Shown in pieces: positions 24,498 to 37,839 of a stretch of 64,000 nucleotides of DNA. Position numbers and translations under genes: made by a program. The stretch's first letter is position 1, and each line of letters starts with the position of its first letter. Below the pieces are notes generated by a model, which did not search any database, had not been told where the DNA came from, and saw nothing but the letters and a program-made list of their open reading frames with translations. The DNA is from Octopus sinensis. Lineage: Eukaryota. The stretch spans positions 205,654,001 to 205,718,000 of the forward strand of contig NC_042998.1 of the NCBI RefSeq assembly GCF_006345805.1. The letters are read 5' to 3'.

Positions 24498-27400
24498 CTT
24501 AATAATAATAATGTCTGCTTTTCTTTGCCCCGAGGAAAATGAATGGAGTGGGAGGAGACATTGAAAAGACAGGTTTTGTTATGTGAAAAAAGCAAAAAAA
24601 GCGGGGTTTGTGTGTTTAAAAAGGAAAGCAAAGATCTTAGAGGGAACAGAATATAAAGATACAGAAAGTGTTTAGTGAAATAAGGAGGTGGAGAGAGATT
24701 TCGAGTGAATTAGGTCAGCCCCATCCCCCAGTGACCTTCAACGTCATCTCCCTTTAACTGGGGATAAATCAAACACGGGGTCGTTCGAGAAATATCAGCT
24801 GAAACCTTCATATCACACACACCATCTTGAAAAAAGGCAAAAATGGAAAGAAAAGTATACATTGGTGTTTCTGAGTTTTCTGTACTGAGATAAGACGGGA
24901 TAGTCACGGATGGAGATTCTTTGATTGTAAGGTCTGCTCGATTAGGGTTCAACACTAAACAACGTTGAGAAAGAACGAGGTCATAGTGTGAATGTGTGAG
25001 TGGCGTCGGCGGGAATGGCGGTTGCTTGTTGTGGAAGAGCGGAAAGGTGAGGTGTACGGTTGGTGCCGGAGCCCTTCAAGAGTGCAGCCAACCAAAGCTT
25101 TTTAAAGTGCACCACTTCCTAGAATGGAGCCGGAGAATCAGTTCTCGGTCACTGTTTTTCCAAAACAGCAGCGTGTGTGTGTGGTTACGATGTCGATGTG
25201 TGTGTGTGCTTAAAGTACACCTCACCTTATTCTTCTCTTCTTGTCTGTCATTCCATCTCTCCATCTACTACTACTACTACTAGTAGTAGTAGTAGTAGTA
25301 GTAGTAGTAATTACTGCTGCTGTTGTCAGACTTGGTACGCTAATGGCAAGGCTACGGTCGCCACCATTGCTATCATCATCATCATGATCTTACTGTTGAC
25401 AGAAGGTCACACATTTCGGTGGTGGAGCAGGGGCGTGGTGAGAGGCTGTAATACACTGGAGAGATGGACCCTGCTTTTCCTGCCCTCTACATTATCGACC
25501 CCACAATGATGAAAGCTGACGCTGCCTTCAGCAGGATTAGAACTTAATTTGTACGATGTACTATCTCCACTACTACTACTACTAGTAATAGTAATATTGT
25601 TACTACCACTACTATGATAGTACACTACTACTACTACTACTATATATATATGTTTAGTGCACGCGACTTGCCTTACTTGCAATTTAGCACTCCCCTTCGC
25701 CTCTTCCCCGTCCTCTTTACCGCCTCCCTCTTTACTCTTTACTCTCTCTCTCTCTCTCTCTTCTCTTCTCTGTTCTTTCTCTCCCGGCCATAGATTCACA
25801 AAATCGTTTGAGTCTCACTAAAAACAAAAACCTTGCTGTATTGGTTGGACCTGATTAGGTTCCGAGTTCAAACCCTGCCAACATTTTAATTTGCCTTTCG
25901 TTCCTTTGGGGTTAATAGAAGCAATTACCAGACAAATACGAGGATCGACAGTATCGGCTAATGCCCCTCCTCTCAAAATTGATGGCTTAATTATAAACAG
26001 CCGTCATTATCGTGTTCTGTGTGGGTGTGTGACTTTATTAACACACACACACACACACGGGTCCCGCCAAACTCTAATGAACCCGAGACATCGTTTGACG
26101 TTGATGACTACTAATTAACGTAGATCACCGCCACTTATCCGGTCACTCGATTGCTAGAAACAGTAGCTATATTTCCCTCAAAACGCACTCAACATACTTA
26201 ATCCACGAAGGTTCTAGAGACATGGTCTGACGCAATGGTCACATCTGGCGTGCCGTTTCGTCATAGGTCTACTTGATCAACTCTAACCTGAAGCTAAACA
26301 ATACACACTAAGATAGGGTATTGTTTGGCTCAAGGTCAACACTGATCGAACACACCCATTACAAAGAATCACTCCATTCGTGACCACTCCATTTTTTACT
26401 AATAGTAGTGACCATGAGACCGAAGGGGTTGGGTGTGCTCTGAGACAGCTGCTGGCGATGGTAAGTCGATTACATCGACTCCAGTACTCGACTGGTACTT
26501 ATTTCATTGACCTCGAAAGGACGAACCTTGGCTGAATTTGAACTCAGAACGTAAAGGCACAATAATGATTTTGCCATAATAATAATCTGCCCTGATGCAG
26601 TACCAGACACTGCTTCTCATGGCTTCTGATCTTAACTGATTGGAAGTGCTATCATGTACATTGTTTTGTCTTCGTATAAAAGATGGGCTACAGCAAATAT
26701 TCTGCTCAATACCACAGATTTGCTTGTCAGTTGCTTCACCGTAACCAGTTGAACATGTCCCTTAGTGGCTGACGATATGTGCATCTCTGATCACGAGCAG
26801 AAGTAGTGGGGGAGCATCATAGCCATGTGTTGAGTGGAATTCTTAGAGGTTTGGATAATTCACCTTTGGAAACATGGGTGGTTCGTTCAACATCCTTAAA
26901 ACAAACCTTATTCGGGGACCTTTTGAGCAGGATGAGTTACTCGACCCGAAGAAAATTCTAATTGGACCCCACCTGCAAGGTCATGCGCTGTTTATCTTGG
27001 TATGAGATCACCATGTCGCGTACATTTGGTAGTGATGCATGTGCCTGGTGTACCCTTATCAGACGGGTAGTCATGATGGGTATACTGGACTTCATATATT
27101 CAGATTAAGACCCATCGAGGCCCTAAGCACTTAAAAGATTTTGGTGCCCCATAAAAGATTATGTAATTCAAAATATAAACAATAAAAAAACCATAATTTT
27201 TATTTTTCAAAACGAAACAAAACAGTAAGAGGGAAAATAATGTTTATTTTTGTCTCCTTCCATTTTATTTAGATTTGAAAAGTTTCCTCCTACTTTTTTG
27301 AACTGCAAAGTCTTTGATCAGATCCTCAAAATTAATCTTAGGTAACACATCTGCATCTACACTTAGTAGAAATAAAGGCATCCTGGATATTATTTTAGCA

Positions 27401-28019
27401 AGTTTAAAATGATTTCTTTTGTGCCGTAAACCATTTACTATTTCTGCGGTGCCCCCCCTCCTTCCTTTGATGCCCTAAGCACGTGCCTACTTTGCTTAAT
27501 GGTTGTTAGTCCAGCACTAGTGTCACTTTGATGGCATGCGCTTCCCTCTCACTTAATAATAATCTTCTACTAAAGGCACAAGGCCTGACATTTAAGGGGA
27601 ACAGATTAGTCGATTATATCGGTCTCAGTGCGTAACTGGTACTTGATTTATCGACCCCGAAAAGATGAAAGGCAAAGTCGACGTCGGCGGAATTTGTACT
27701 CAGAACGTAAAGACGGATGAAATGTCGCTAAGTATTTTGCCCAGCTCAGTAACGAGCACACACGCACTTTTCGTTCGCGTCTACTCTGTTGTGTGTGTGT
27801 GTGTGTGTGTGTGTGTAGTAGAACATGTACCCGAACTTATCTGAAATCAATAGTATTCATCAGGTTAGATCATATGAATGCATTTCATCCCTGCTGTCCA
27901 CACACACACACACACACACACTTGTGCGCCAGCGCTATAAGTACACGGCTTCTGTCCTCAACGAAAAAGTACATACGCACGCGCAAGCAACAGCTATAAA
28001 ATTAAAGTGCTGAGGAGGT

Positions 28020-28320
28020 TGCATCACTTGCTAGAAACAGCAGCTAAATCTCCTTCAATCCACTACTTGACATCTTGAAACATTACTATGGCCTAAAACA
28101 ACGAAAACAAGACAGGACAGGATGGTCACGGCTGGAATGCGTAATCATCCTGTGTTTAAATGAGATTAGGTCCCACGTTTCGTTTGCTAGACAAAATAGC
28201 CCAAACCGCCTTAAATATGGGAAGGACATTTATGCATACCCTTAAAATGTAGGTTAGTCATGGCTGGTGTGTTTTATTATGGGGCTCTTGAATCAGAGTC
28301 GACCTGGGGTTAAACAACTA
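28020..28320. mobile_element. Family C interspersed repeat (SINE-like)
   Basis: Motifs GCTAGAAA(T/C)AGCAGCTAAATCTCC and GACCTGGGG(C/T)TAAACAAC recur at about 705-850, 1195-1280, 9230-9390 and 26140-26310. Confidence 0.6.
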
Positions 28321-29499
28321 ACTTCCAACGAAGGAACTCTGCATGCTAGAAACAGCAGCCAATTATATTTTCGTTGGGGACCGCAAAGTAATTGTTCAAT
28401 TTAACACTAATTAATCCCGCAGTGTTTCTGTGACGTATGGGAAAGGAATGAATGTCACTGCAGCATCATTTTATAGTCCGTCTATTAAAACGAATGTTTG
28501 TGTTCGATGACCAAAGTCTGTTGTAAGTCCTTAAAACATTTGTTGATCAGATTTGTCAGCTGTGATCAAAGACACTCCGTTCTGGCCATCCTGTCTGGGC
28601 TTCTTTCAAACACAATTGTACCTAGAACTATGTATAGCAAATGTACTCTTCCTATTCTGACTATCGAGATTTGGTTGTTATTTCTAGTTGGGCGAGCGTA
28701 GAAGCTCCCTAGTTGGTTTGTTTACTTTTTTTTTTAAATCAAAGACAATGTTTTCTTTCCAGGATTCTCATTATTTAATGTCCTCGTCTAAAACGGTAGG
28801 GTGTGGTTTGAGGGAGGTGGTGCTGTTATTTTTAGCAAGTCAGGCGACCATCCATCCTAACCCTAACCCTTCTTGGTTCGCCAGTTTACCATTTTCTGAT
28901 GCCTTATCATTTATATTACAACACTTTGGAAAGAAAGTATGGCATCGCCCGTCCCTCGCCGCCTCTTTTACTCGTCATCGCCATAAATATTCTCGTTGCT
29001 AAACAAACCACGTCGAAGCCCCCCCTCCTTCTTTCACATTCTTTCATCATTAACTCCAAGCAGTTAGTGTAGTTAGGGTTAAGGTTTACTAAAAACAGAA
29101 TCACAAAGCCGTGGCGAGGATTAATATGGAGGAGAGGCTGGCGTCGTTCGCCGTCGCTAAACATCAACTTTATTACACCGCCGCCGCCGCCCTTCGTTAT
29201 CCATTGTTTTCTTCTTCTTCTTCTTCTTCTTCTTCACCGTCTCCCTTTCAATTACTTTCTCTCTCTCCCCCTCCCATCGTCCACATGTAACCATTGCACA
29301 TACACTGACATAATAAACACACACCCTCACTATATATACATATATATACACACACACACACACACAGGCAACATACAGTCAAGCCCCATGTACATGAATA
29401 TGTAATGTTCACATGTATATACATTTTATATAACTATATTATGTGTATACATTATATATACACCTAAATGTTATATAAATTTCATACACACACACCGAG

Positions 29500-29810
29500 T
29501 ATAAGTGGCCGTCAAGAGTCGTCGACTCCTCCCCGCCGCCGCCGCCGCCGTCTTGAAGACTCAACCGTTTGCTCCACTTAAAAAGATCTCATGTCGACAG
29601 CAATCAGCGGTTCGCCCTCGTCTCGCTTTACCCATCATTTTACCCACATTTTCACTCTTTAATCACTCTACAAACACAAACAACAAAATAGCAACAAACA
29701 AAAACAATAGGGTCAACTTTTATTTTGCTCAACTCCATTCAGTTTTCCGTTTCGTGGCCCGTTCAAAGATTTCCACTAAAAAGGAAAGAGAAAAAAACAT
29801 CTGATGTAAG
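29500..29810 (+). promoter_or_regulatory. Candidate promoter / non-coding first exon (possibly of the FATP gene)
   Basis: Unique CpG-rich island with (CCG)n at 29533-29550, TATAAG at 29500, and overlapping donors GAT|GTAAGG (29806) and AAG|GTAAAT (29811). The FATP coding exon begins with an acceptor, so an upstream exon is expected. Linkage is inference. Confidence 0.3.
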
Positions 29811-29981
29811 GTAAATGCAATATTTCCTTTTCTCCACTCTCTCTCCTCCAATCATAACATTTTCGTGTTGACAGCATTTATTCATGCCCCGGCTATAATC
29901 CTGGCAGTATTTTGTTACGAACCTCTATATTGTGCGTTCAAATCCAGCTGGGTATTGGTTGTTACTCAATTCTTGTGCCTG

Positions 29982-30033
<52 letters not shown>

Positions 30034-30602
30034 CTTTCGTCCCTCTGGGGTCCAAAAATTAAGGTACCAATGAGGTGCAAGGAAGGATGTAACCGCCTTG
30101 CCCCTCCTCTCAAAATTACTAGCCTTATTATTACTGTTTTTCATCAATTTAGTTTCTGCAATAAGGTGTTGCAGACTGTTTCAAAGTACCAAGTGTCGTG
30201 GAGCCACTGACGGGAGGCCGACCAAATTTATTACATAATTATTACCGATTTTCGCTGGTTTAATTAGTGTTAACGACGAGGTTTGTAGGGACTAAAAAGG
30301 CAAATCAGGATTTGAATTCTGATTGCATAAATGACGTGAAATTAATGTTTTACTTATTAACGGAGGGTTTATGGCTGAAGAGAATGAATTGTGAAGGGAA
30401 AGACTTTTAATAACGAGGTTCATTGAAGAAAAATATTGATGGCTCCATCGTTGTTTGTGATTGTAAAGACGGGAGGGGGTGGGGACTGGACGGACGAGAG
30501 AATCAGCCGTCAAATAGTTGGTGTGTGTGTGTAATAAATATATATATATATATATATACACACACATACATATGTGTGTATGTGTAATAAATATATATAT
30601 AT

Positions 30603-30634
<32 letters not shown>

Positions 30635-30641
30635 GTGTGTG

Positions 30642-30672
<31 letters not shown>

Positions 30673-30684
30673 GTGTGTGTATAT

Positions 30685-30716
<32 letters not shown>

Positions 30717-31037
30717 GTGTGTGTATATATATATATGTATATATACACACACACAGCTATATACATATTTAGTATACATGCAAACGTGTGTACTTAAATA
30801 TATACATACATATGTGTGTGTGTGTGTACTATGTATGTATGCATGTATACTATGTACGCATGTGTGTATGTATGTATGTGTATATATATATGTATATGTG
30901 CATGTATGTGTATATGGGCGAAGGTAAAGAATACGTACACCCGGTTGTTAGGGGTTAGGGTTTTTGTTACGCCGAAAACCGGTGGTGTACGTACACGTAA
31001 TCTTTACCCCCGCCGAGTATATGTATGTATATATATA

Positions 31038-31203
31038 GGCGCAGCGTGGCTGTCTGGTAAGAAGCTTGCTTCCCAACCATATGGTTCCGGGTTCAGTCCC
31101 ACTGTCTGGCACTTTGGTTAAGTGTCTTTTTACTATAGCCTTGGGCCGACCAAAGCCTTGTGAGTGGGTTTCGTTGATGAAAACTGAAAGAAGCTCGTCG
31201 TAT
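31038..31203 (+). mobile_element. Family A SINE, 5' half
   Basis: Matches the head of 21953-22346. Confidence 0.85.
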
Positions 31204-31380
31204 ATATGTATATATATATGTGTGTATATATATATTACAGATTGAGATAGGGGTTGTGAGTGGGCATTTTGTAACTTAATATAAGGAACTCTTGACTTTG
31301 TATATGTACATTTTCATGTGGATATGTGTATGTTTGTATATTCTAATATATTGATTTCACTAACTGTAACCTTATATATA

Positions 31381-31690
31381 TCACCGTGATCACCATGACC
31401 GACCAGGCTATCAGATGTTGTTACACATCGCTGATCACAATGCGCTTCGCATTGTTTTAGCCTTCAAATGACGCCACCCCGCTGGCTAAGCGAGCAGACC
31501 AACAGAAGAAAGAGTGAGAGAAAGTTGTGGCGAAAGAGTACAGCAGGGATCGCCACCACCCCCTGCCAGAGCCTCGTGGTGCTTTAGGTGTTTTCGCTCA
31601 ATAAACACTCACAACGCCCGGTCTGGGAATCGAAACCGTGATCCTACGACCGCGAGTCCGCTGCCCTAATCACAAGGCCATTGCGCCTCC
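31381..31690 (-). mobile_element. Family D tRNA(Arg)-like SINE
   Basis: Minus strand GGAGGCGCAATGGCC...GACTCGCGGTC...GGTTTCGATTCCCAGACC; shares about 175 bp of head with 43864-44230. Confidence 0.8.
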
Positions 31691-31754
31691 AACCTTATAT
31701 ATATATCTATGTATATTATTATATATTATTATGTATATATGTATATATAACTTA

Positions 31755-32262
31755 GAAAGGTTTTGGCCAGTATTGACCCAGGCCATGTCTAACTTAATAG
31801 CCCCACCTGGCGAAGTCTTTCAATTCAGGATTTGGGCACCAAGGCCCATTCGAGCAGAGAGTTATTGTTTGCGGAGACATATCTGGGTGTGGGTGGTTTG
31901 TCTGGGATTGTTTGAAGGAATTTGTCCAAAGACTTCTTGAATTTTGTGTGGTCAGTTTCTTTTTTGACGTGTCCTGGTGTAATGTTGAAGAGAGCGGGTC
32001 CAATTGAGGTGAAATAATTGTGCCGTATTGTTGTTATGTGATGCGATTTAGATTTTTGTTGTGGACGGATGGCACGTGGTCCAAGCCTTGGATGTATTTT
32101 GAAGGTGATGCCAACATCATTCAGACAGTGCTGATGGAATATTTTCCACATCTAACAGATAATGTAGCGTTCACGGCATCGTTGGAGTGAATACAGTTTC
32201 AGTTTCTCTAGTCTACCCCAGTAGTCAAGGTCTGACATGCCATCTATCTTTTTTGTGATTGA
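31755..32262 (-). mobile_element. Second CR1/L2-group LINE family, 3' fragment
   Basis: YWGRLEKLKLYSLQRCRERY and FKKSLDKFLQTIPDKPPTPRYVSANNNSL; 3' UTR differs from the 15.4-kb family. Confidence 0.8.
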
Positions 32263-32385
32263 CCTTTGGGGAGCTTCAAAGGTGCATGTGTATATACACT
32301 TATATGTATGTGTATATTATGTATATGTACTCATTCTTGTATGGGTGTACCTTCTCTGATATTCATATTTGGATTGTACTTTATA

Positions 32386-32512
32386 ATCTCTGAAGAGGCC
32401 TTGGGATATATTTGTAAGTGTCTCATTTATAACCACATATTAACTTATCACACCTGGCTAATATGAGCATAATGAGATACTCATATCTGTATGGCTGAAA
32501 CAGCTGTAAGAT
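32386..32512 (+). ncRNA. Type-I hammerhead ribozyme motif with extended stem II
   Basis: ATCT-CTGAAGA-GGCC-[92 nt with internal hairpin AGTGTCTCATT/AATGAGATACT]-GGCT-GAAA-CAGCTG-TA|AGAT. Confidence 0.6.
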
Positions 32513-32701
32513 ATAGTTTATTTATATTTATTTATACATATTGTACTTATTGTATCATATTACTCATTAATGTGCACTGTTTTGTTCTGTACTATTATGT
32601 TTGACCTTGATGTTCATATGTAGTTGGTTAATAAATTATGTGAATGGGTATTATCTGGTAGTTGATTATTGATTAAGGTGTATTTCTCCATTTTCTTATT
32701 T

Positions 32702-32776
<75 letters not shown>

Positions 32777-32802
32777 TCTTATATATATATATATATATAT
32801 GT

Positions 32803-33170
32803 ATACTCTTTTACTTGTTTCAGTCATTTGATTGCGGCCATGCTGGAGCACCAACTTTAGTCAGGCAAATCAACCCTGGGACTTATTCTTTGTAAGCCCT
32901 GTACTTATTCTATCGATCTCTTTTGCTGAACCGCTAGGTGACGGGGACATGAACACACCAGCATCAGTTGTCAAATAATGCTGGGGGACAAACGCAGACA
33001 CACAAACATACACACACGCATATATATACATATATACGTCGGGCTTCTTCGAGATTCCATCTACCAAGGCTATAGTAGAAGACACTTGCCCAAGGTGCCA
33101 TGCAGTGGGACTGAACCTGGAACCATGTGGTTCGTAAGCAAGCTACTTACCAGACAGCCACTCCTGCACC
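32803..33170 (-). mobile_element. Family A SINE
   Basis: Full head-to-tail similarity with a small internal deletion. Confidence 0.85.
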
Positions 33171-33187
33171 TATATGTACATTTGTAT

Positions 33188-33555
33188 ATATTCTTTTACT
33201 TGTTTTAACCATTTGACTGCGGCCATGCTGGAGCACCAATTTCAAGGATTTTAGTAGAAGAAATAGATACGAGGACTTATTCTTTGTATGCCTAGTCCTT
33301 ATTCTGTCTGACTTACAGCAAACTGCAATGTTTTACGGGGATATAAACGAACATCAGTTGTCAAGCGATGGTGGAGGAACAAACACGGACACAAATGTAC
33401 ACACACACACACATATGCAACGGACTTCTTTCAGTTTCCATCTCCGAAATCCACTCACAATGCTTTGGTTGGCCCGAGTCTATAGTAGAAAACACTTGCC
33501 CAGGGTGAACTTGGAACCATGTGGTTGGGAAGCAAGCTCCTTACCAAACATCTCT
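33188..33555 (-). mobile_element. Family A SINE (older, diverged)
   Basis: Adjacent to the previous copy; same motifs. Confidence 0.75.
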
Positions 33556-33577
33556 GGCTACATATTTTCTTTCTTTT

Positions 33578-34990
33578 CTGTAGTTTCAGCTCAGAGCTGT
33601 GGCCATGCTGATGCACTGCCATTTTGCTACACTGTTATTACTGAGAACCTCCCCCAGTATGTGGCACTTGGTGAAGAATGGAGTTTGATATAGCTACCCT
33701 CATTTGCACCTCTTACCGTGAGGTGGGTTCATCTGGGACTCTAGACAGGAAGAGATCCAGCTTTGATTTAAAAATGCCTACATCTACTTTGTGCAGGTTC
33801 CTCAGGCTCTTTGGGAGAATATTAAAAAAGCTGTGGGCCCTTGAAACCCAGGCTGTTGCAGAAGCTGGTCCTGAAGCGTGATGGCATTGCTGGGATCTTT
33901 GGCACTATGCAGTGTCAACCTGTTCTGGCATTGATGTAGCTTTCAATGCCAGAATTTGGCACAGTTCCTTCCAGGATCTTCCAGACATATATTACTGCAT
34001 ACCTCTCCCGTCTCTCTCCAGGGAGTAGAGTCTTGGCTGTTTCAGCCTTTCCCAGTAGCTGAGCTGTTGCAAAGAGACGATCTTCTTTGTGAATCTTGTC
34101 TGGGTTGCTTCAAGGTCCGCTGTTAATTTTACACTGGTGGGTGACCATAGCTGTGAGCAGTAATCCAGGCGGCTGAGGACGAATGTCCGCCAGAGGACCA
34201 ACATGGTTTCCTTATCTCTGATTCTGAATGTTCTCAGGATCCACCCAGCCAGTCGTCTGCACTTTGTCACCATCCTGGTAATGTGCACTTGGAAAGAGGC
34301 ACCATCACTCATGTCGATACCCAGGTCCCTCACAGACTTAGGCTCTGAGATTGAAATTCCTTGTGGACCAGTGTGCCCTGTAAGTTTCATATTCAGTTTT
34401 GGATTTGGAATTTTTCATCATTAAACTGCATATTATTATCCTCAGCCCATCTGTAAATTGAGTCCAACTCCTGCTGCAGATGTGCAACATCACTGGGGTT
34501 CTGTATTTTCTGCGAGACTTTCGTATCATCTGCATAGCTTCCAAGGGTGGCTATCCAGGCAGTTGAGGGCATATCCTAGTTGGATAATCTGTGAGGCAGC
34601 CATCCTTTTGGAGTGTACTGAGGCTGTTTCTTTTGCATAATGAAAGAAGGCCTTTGGGTTTGACTTAATCTTTTTTATAACCCAGGCTTCTTTGCTTTTT
34701 CCCTCACATAGGATTGTTGCAGGTTTTTTTCAATCTCCATCAGTGTTGTTTTTAGGCGGGACCTTTTGCTAATTTTGGAATGTTGGTTGAGTTGATTTGC
34801 AAACTTCATCCATCGTCCCATGAGGATCTTCCTCTCCCTTGGAATCTTGTTCCTATTTGTTTTGGCCTTGTGCTCTGGGACATATTTCTGGCATATAGCT
34901 TGCACTATAGACATGAAACATTCAAGTTTCATGTCAGTGTCTGATGTGGAGAGACATTTCAGCCAGTCTGGTGAAAAAATATTTTCACAG
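33578..34990 (-). mobile_element. CR1/L2-group LINE, internally deleted copy
   Basis: 33578-34530 closely similar to 15399-16370. It then jumps from YADD to upstream ORF2 sequence (QKYVPEHKAKTNRNKIPRERKILM), skipping most RT motifs. Confidence 0.85.
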
Positions 34991-35077
34991 ATATTTTCTA
35001 TAATAACCACATAGAAATTAATTAAATATCTTATAATTATTATACTAAAAATCTCACGACAAATCAAGCATTAAATT

Positions 35078-35149
35078 GACTACACGCATTTCATGACTAA
35101 ATATATAAATTGATAATATTACTTTAAAATATTTAGCCGCTCTTCAGGT
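35078..35149 (-). ncRNA. Decayed type-I hammerhead motif at the PLE 3' end
   Basis: AC-CTGAAGA-GCGGCTAAATAT...ATATTTAGTCAT-GAAA-TGCGTG-TA|GT; mismatches are consistent with transitions from CCGCGAAACGCGTG. Confidence 0.55.
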
Positions 35150-36630
35150 AAAGAAAATAACATAAATAAATTAAGATATTATAATAACAATATTAATGTA
35201 AAGCAAAAACATGACTTATCTTATTGATGAAAACCAGTTAAAAGAAATTTTAAACTTTAAACTTACAATCTAGCATTGTACGTTATGTAAACAATGAATA
35301 TACAATAAATAAATAAATAGATATATGTATTTAACATGACGTAATATACCATTTATGGGGGGAAATTCTAAATTCTCAATAATTTAAAACTATGGCATTA
35401 TATGTAAAATATATAAAATTAATTAAATGTCCATAAATTAATATATATTCTTCAATTAATTTTATCAATCCCTTGGTTTAAACTTATTCTAGTTATGTTC
35501 ATACACTACATAACCTACAACTAACTTTTACTCCTTATAATATTACATAATATAACTACATAAATTAATAAATTAATAACATAAACCAGGGTATATATAT
35601 TCACAAATTATCTAAACTTATTATATAAATAATTCGACCTATGTCTACATTTAATTTTTCTCTCATCTTGGAAATTAATCAATTGGTTTTTAGATAGTAA
35701 TATCTCCATAAATTCATTAGTACATAGTAAACAAAAATTATTACCTATTCTATAAGATTTAGCTTTACAAACTATCTCCCATTTTAAATTTGCTAAGGCC
35801 AGTGTTTTATTCTTAAATGAGTGCATGTTTTGGGCCACCCTTAATTTAATTTTATTAGATGTCGACCCCACGTAAATTGCATTTATATTATAACTATTCC
35901 TATAAATATTATCACCTCTCAGAGTCACTACACATTTATATACTACATCAGCCAAATTACATTTATTTTAAAATTTACATTTCATCTTATCTCTACGCGT
36001 ACGATTAATCGATTAATTAAATACTGATCATTAGTATTATTGGAATTATTCTATATTTTTTTAATATAAAACTTATTCAGCTTAAAACTATTAAAAGATG
36101 AAATAATGTTACCAACATTAGTAGTAGAATAACCAACTCCAAAATTATTACTAGAAAAAATATTGTATTTTTTATTATCTACAATGAATAATTCAAATAG
36201 TTTTAATACTTCTTTAATAATGTTTGTTTTAATTTGAGCCCCAGAAGGAATAATTAACCAAATTTTATTCTTATTGTTAACATTCCTTTTATTTATTATA
36301 TTATTATACTTCTTATTATCATTAACCACATTAAATATATTCTTATCTTTTACTCTTTTATTATATTTATCTTTTTTCAGAAAACCTATTACTAAAACCA
36401 TAATTAACTGAACAATACTTATCATAATTCTTAATATCAGGTTTATTATTATAAATAACATAAGAATCATTTATATTTATATTATTATAAAATCTACAAT
36501 TATTAATGAATTTAATACTATTATTATATCCCGTCTCCCTCAAGGCTTCATTATAATAAGGTGCATGTTTTCGGAAAATCTCAAAATTAGAAGAATGTTC
36601 CAAAATTCTTTTTCCTATATTATTTATCAT
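35078..36630 (-). mobile_element. AT-rich Penelope-like element (RT thumb, linker, GIY-YIG, 3' HHR)
   Basis: [29 protein letters not shown]; KIWLIIP...IKTNI; VVYKCVV...IYVGSTSNKIKLR...FCLLCTNE...KCRHR. Decayed HHR at its 3' end. Confidence 0.85.
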
Positions 36631-37154
36631 ATATATATGTATATATGTATATATTTGTATATATTTGTATATATGTATATATGTATGTATATGTATATAT
36701 GTATGTATATGTATATATATGTATATATATGTGTGTATATATATATATATGTATGTATATGTCTATGTATACATATATGTATATGTCTATATATGCATAC
36801 ATGTATGTATATGTATAGGTATATATATGTATATATGTGTTGTCCAACCCGTGCTAGCGCGGAAAACGGACGTTAAACGATGATGATGTATAGGTGTATA
36901 TATGTATGTATATGTATATATGTATGTATATGTATATATGTATATATATGTATAAGTATATATATGTATAGGTATATATATGTATAGGTATATATATGTT
37001 TGTATATGTATAGGTATATATATATGTATATATATGTATAGGTATATATATGTTTGTATATGTATAGGTATATATATAGGTATATATATGTATAGGTATA
37101 TATGTATATATATGTATATGTATATATGTATGTATATGTATATATATATATATA
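36631..37154. repeat. (TA)/(TATG)/(ATAGGT) compound microsatellite with an RTE tail scrap at 36838-36888
   Basis: Direct inspection. Confidence 0.9.
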
Positions 37155-37738
37155 TCATCATCATCATCTTCGCTTAGCGTCCGCTCTCCATGCTAGCATG
37201 GGTTGGACGGTTCAACTGGGGTCTGGGAAGCCAGAAGGCTGCACCAGGCCCAGTCTAATCTGGCAATGTTTCTACGGCTGGATGCCCTTCTTAACGCCAA
37301 CCACTCCGTGAGAGTAGTGGGTGCTTTTTATGTGCCACCGGCACGAGGCCAGTCGGGGCGACGCTGGCAACAGCCCTGTTTGGATGGTTCTCTTACGTAC
37401 CACCGGCACTAGTATCACAGTTGCAATTTCCATTGATGTTGATCGATTTCGATTTTGATTCTTACTTGCCTCAACAGGTCTTCACAAGTAGAGTTTTGTG
37501 TCGTAAGAAGGAAAGGTATGCATAAGTGGACTGTCTACATCCCATGTAGAGGCCACGGGTTATAGTCTCACTTGTCCTGCCGGGTCTTCTCACGCACAGC
37601 ATACTTCCAAAGGTCTTGGTCTCTAGTCATTTCCTCGGTGAGACCTAAAGTTCGAAGGTCGTGCTTCACCACCTGATCCCAGGTTTTCCTGGGTCTGTCT
37701 CTTCCACAGGTTCCCTCAACCGCTAGAGTGTGGCACTT
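37155..37738 (-). mobile_element. RTE LINE 3' fragment
   Basis: CHTLAVEGTCGRDRPRKTWDQVVKHDLRTLGLTEEMTRD plus 3' UTR and (GAT)n. Confidence 0.88.
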
Positions 37739-37781
37739 ATATGCATATATATATATATATATGCATATATATATATATATA

Positions 37782-37837
<56 letters not shown>

Positions 37838-37839
37838 CA

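Noticed and set aside
26610-26700. Superficial resemblance to U2 snRNA 5' end (GCTTCTC...)
   Set aside because: Only a 7-nt match; branch-point recognition and Sm sites absent. Probably an interspersed repeat.
28855-28868. TTAGGG/CCCTAA telomere-like units (also 30949, 52697)
   Set aside because: Only about two units each; not an interstitial telomeric array.
30917-31014. Short element with imperfect TIRs (GGCGAAGGTAAAGAATACGT / ACGTAATCTTTACCCCCGCC); similar weak case at 27100-27520
   Set aside because: No TSD and single copy in window; too weak to classify.
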